DNA of 45,611 bases from Thiohalocapsa sp. (lineage in GTDB: Bacteria > Pseudomonadota > Alphaproteobacteria > ATCC43930 > CGMCC-115725), in contig JBLMXS010000401.1 in NCBI GenBank assembly GCA_050257895.1, forward strand, positions 1 to 45,611, given 5' to 3'. Of this stretch, positions 44,512 to 45,611 are shown one piece after another. Each line of letters opens with the position of its first letter. The first letter of the stretch is position 1. Both the position numbers and the translations under genes were made by a program. Below the pieces are notes generated by a model, which saw only the letters and a list, made by a program, of their open reading frames with translations, was not told the origin of the DNA and ran no database searches.

Positions 44512-45471
44512 CTACGGCCTTTGAGGACTGTCGCGGACGCCGGCGAGGATGCGGTTGCGGTCGGGGAAGACGTGGTTTTCGAGGACCGGGCTGTAGGGGA
44601 TCGGCACCTGCAGCGCGCACACCCGCTTCACCGGCGCCGCGAGCGCGGCGAAGGTCTGCGGATCCTCGGTGACGATGGCGGCGATCTCGGCCGAAAGGCC
44701 GGCGGTCGGGCCGGCCTCGTCGGCGATGACGAGGCGGCCGGTCTTGCGCACCGAGGCGCGGATTGTGTCGGCATCGAGCGGCACTAGCGTCCGGGGATCG
44801 ACCACCTCGGCCGAGATCCCCTCCCGGGCCAACTCCTCGGCAGCGGCCAGCGCCTCGTGCACCAGCCACGCGACCGCAACGATGGTCACGTCCTTGCCCT
44901 CGCGCTTGACGTCGGCCTGGCCCAACGGGATCGCGTAATCCTCGTCCGGCACCGGACCCTTGAGGCCGGCGAGGCGGCTCGCTTCGAACGAGATGACCGG
45001 GTTGTTGTCGCGGATCGCCGTCTTCATCAGCCCCTTCATGTCGTAGGGGGTCGACGGCAGGAACATCTTGAGCCCGGCGACATTCATGAACATCGAATAG
45101 GGCGATTGCGAATGCTGCGCCGCGACGCGGCCGCCCCCGCCGACCGACGCGCGGAAGAGGATCGGGAAGTTGACCTGGCCGCCGAACATGTAGTGGATCT
45201 TGGCGGCCTGGTTAACGATCTGGTCCATCGCGACAAAGCAGAAGGTCACCTGCCGCCAGTCGGCGATCGGCCGGAAACCGCAGCCGGCGGCGCCGATCGC
45301 CATGCCGGTGAAGGCCGCCTCGGTGATCGGCGTGGCGCGGATGCGTTCGGGGCCGAACTCCTTCAGGAGCGGAGGCAGCGCATCGGTCGACATGTAGAAG
45401 ATCTTGTCGTCCCGGCGCATCTCCTCGGCGATCGCTTCGAGCGCCGCCTCGCCGTATGTCAGCTCCCGCAT
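44512..45471 (-). CDS. alpha-ketoacid (pyruvate/acetoin-type) dehydrogenase E1 component, beta subunit
   Basis: GAGGAG lies upstream of ATG 45471. MRELTYGEAALEAIAEEMRRDDKIFYM, ERIRATPITEAAFTGMAIGAA, HSQSPYSMF and the transketolase C-terminal domain. Confidence 0.88.
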   Translation of the reverse strand: MRELTYGEAALEAIAEEMRRDDKIFYMSTDALPPLLKEFGPERIRATPITEAAFTGMAIGAAGCGFRPIADWRQVTFCFVAMDQIVNQAAKIHYMFGGQVNFPILFRASVGGGGRVAAQHSQSPYSMFMNVAGLKMFLPSTPYDMKGLMKTAIRDNNPVISFEASRLAGLKGPVPDEDYAIPLGQADVKREGKDVTIVAVAWLVHEALAAAEELAREGISAEVVDPRTLVPLDADTIRASVRKTGRLVIADEAGPTAGLSAEIAAIVTEDPQTFAALAAPVKRVCALQVPIPYSPVLENHVFPDRNRILAGVRDSPQRP

Positions 45472-45499
45472 CGTCTCGCTCCTCGCTGAAGGCGATAAA

Positions 45500-45611
45500 A
45501 AGAAACGCTTTACCGCGGAGGTCGCAGAGCAATCGCGGAGGTCGTCGAGGATCTCATCGTCTTCGCGTCCTTTGCGAACCCTCTGCGTCCTCTGCGGTGA
45601 AGCTTTCTTGC
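45500..45611. repeat. palindromic intergenic element, family G (AAGAAACGCTTTACCGCGGAGGTCGCAGAG / CTCTGCGTCCTCTGCGGTGAAGCTTTCTT)
   Basis: Inverted arms at 45500-45529 and 45581-45610. The element reaches the right window edge. Confidence 0.65.

Overview
High-GC alphaproteobacterial chromosome segment around dnaA. Gene content, codon bias and the intergenic palindromic repeats look Hyphomicrobiales/Bradyrhizobiaceae-like. I call 40 protein genes, 39 intact and 1 frameshifted. I found no rRNA, tRNA, CRISPR array, integrase, transposase or phage genes. Gene order, left to right: (1) a TPR/beta-barrel outer-membrane protein plus a FecR-domain exported protein; (2) a PaaK-like ligase; (3) ccmAB, preceded by a four-hairpin RNA element; (4) a lower-GC pyrE-like PRTase; (5) a frameshifted sensor-less hybrid histidine kinase plus a REC-HD-GYP regulator; (6) an MFS transporter; (7) a recN-ligA-tonB-like-tonB-like string; (8) small secreted or hydrophilic proteins; (9) rpsT and dnaA; (10) nucleoside hydrolase, NIPSNAP, a Coq4-like protein, a DUF1025-type metallopeptidase, pterin dehydratase and a PagL-like deacylase; (11) D-carbamoylase; (12) an 858-aa HExxH plus beta-strand-repeat exoprotein with no visible secretion signal or transporter; (13) an isochorismatase-family hydrolase; (14) a roughly 12-kb accessory catabolic stretch holding a Rieske oxygenase, two amidohydrolase_2 proteins, an HpaB-like monooxygenase, a CoA ligase, an SDR, a family-5 SBP and a ketoacid dehydrogenase E1-beta. 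Almost every intergenic gap carries one of at least seven families of REP/MITE-like palindromic elements. I do not see an unambiguous new system such as a defence island. The best candidates for undescribed biology are the Slam-like OMP/FecR-domain pair (1..3185), the terminator-containing structured RNA abutting ccmA (4751..4857), the tandem TonB-like paralogues behind ligA (12680..14744) and the orphan HExxH/repeat exoprotein (29891..32467). All functional calls rest on motifs I recognise by eye. No database search was run.
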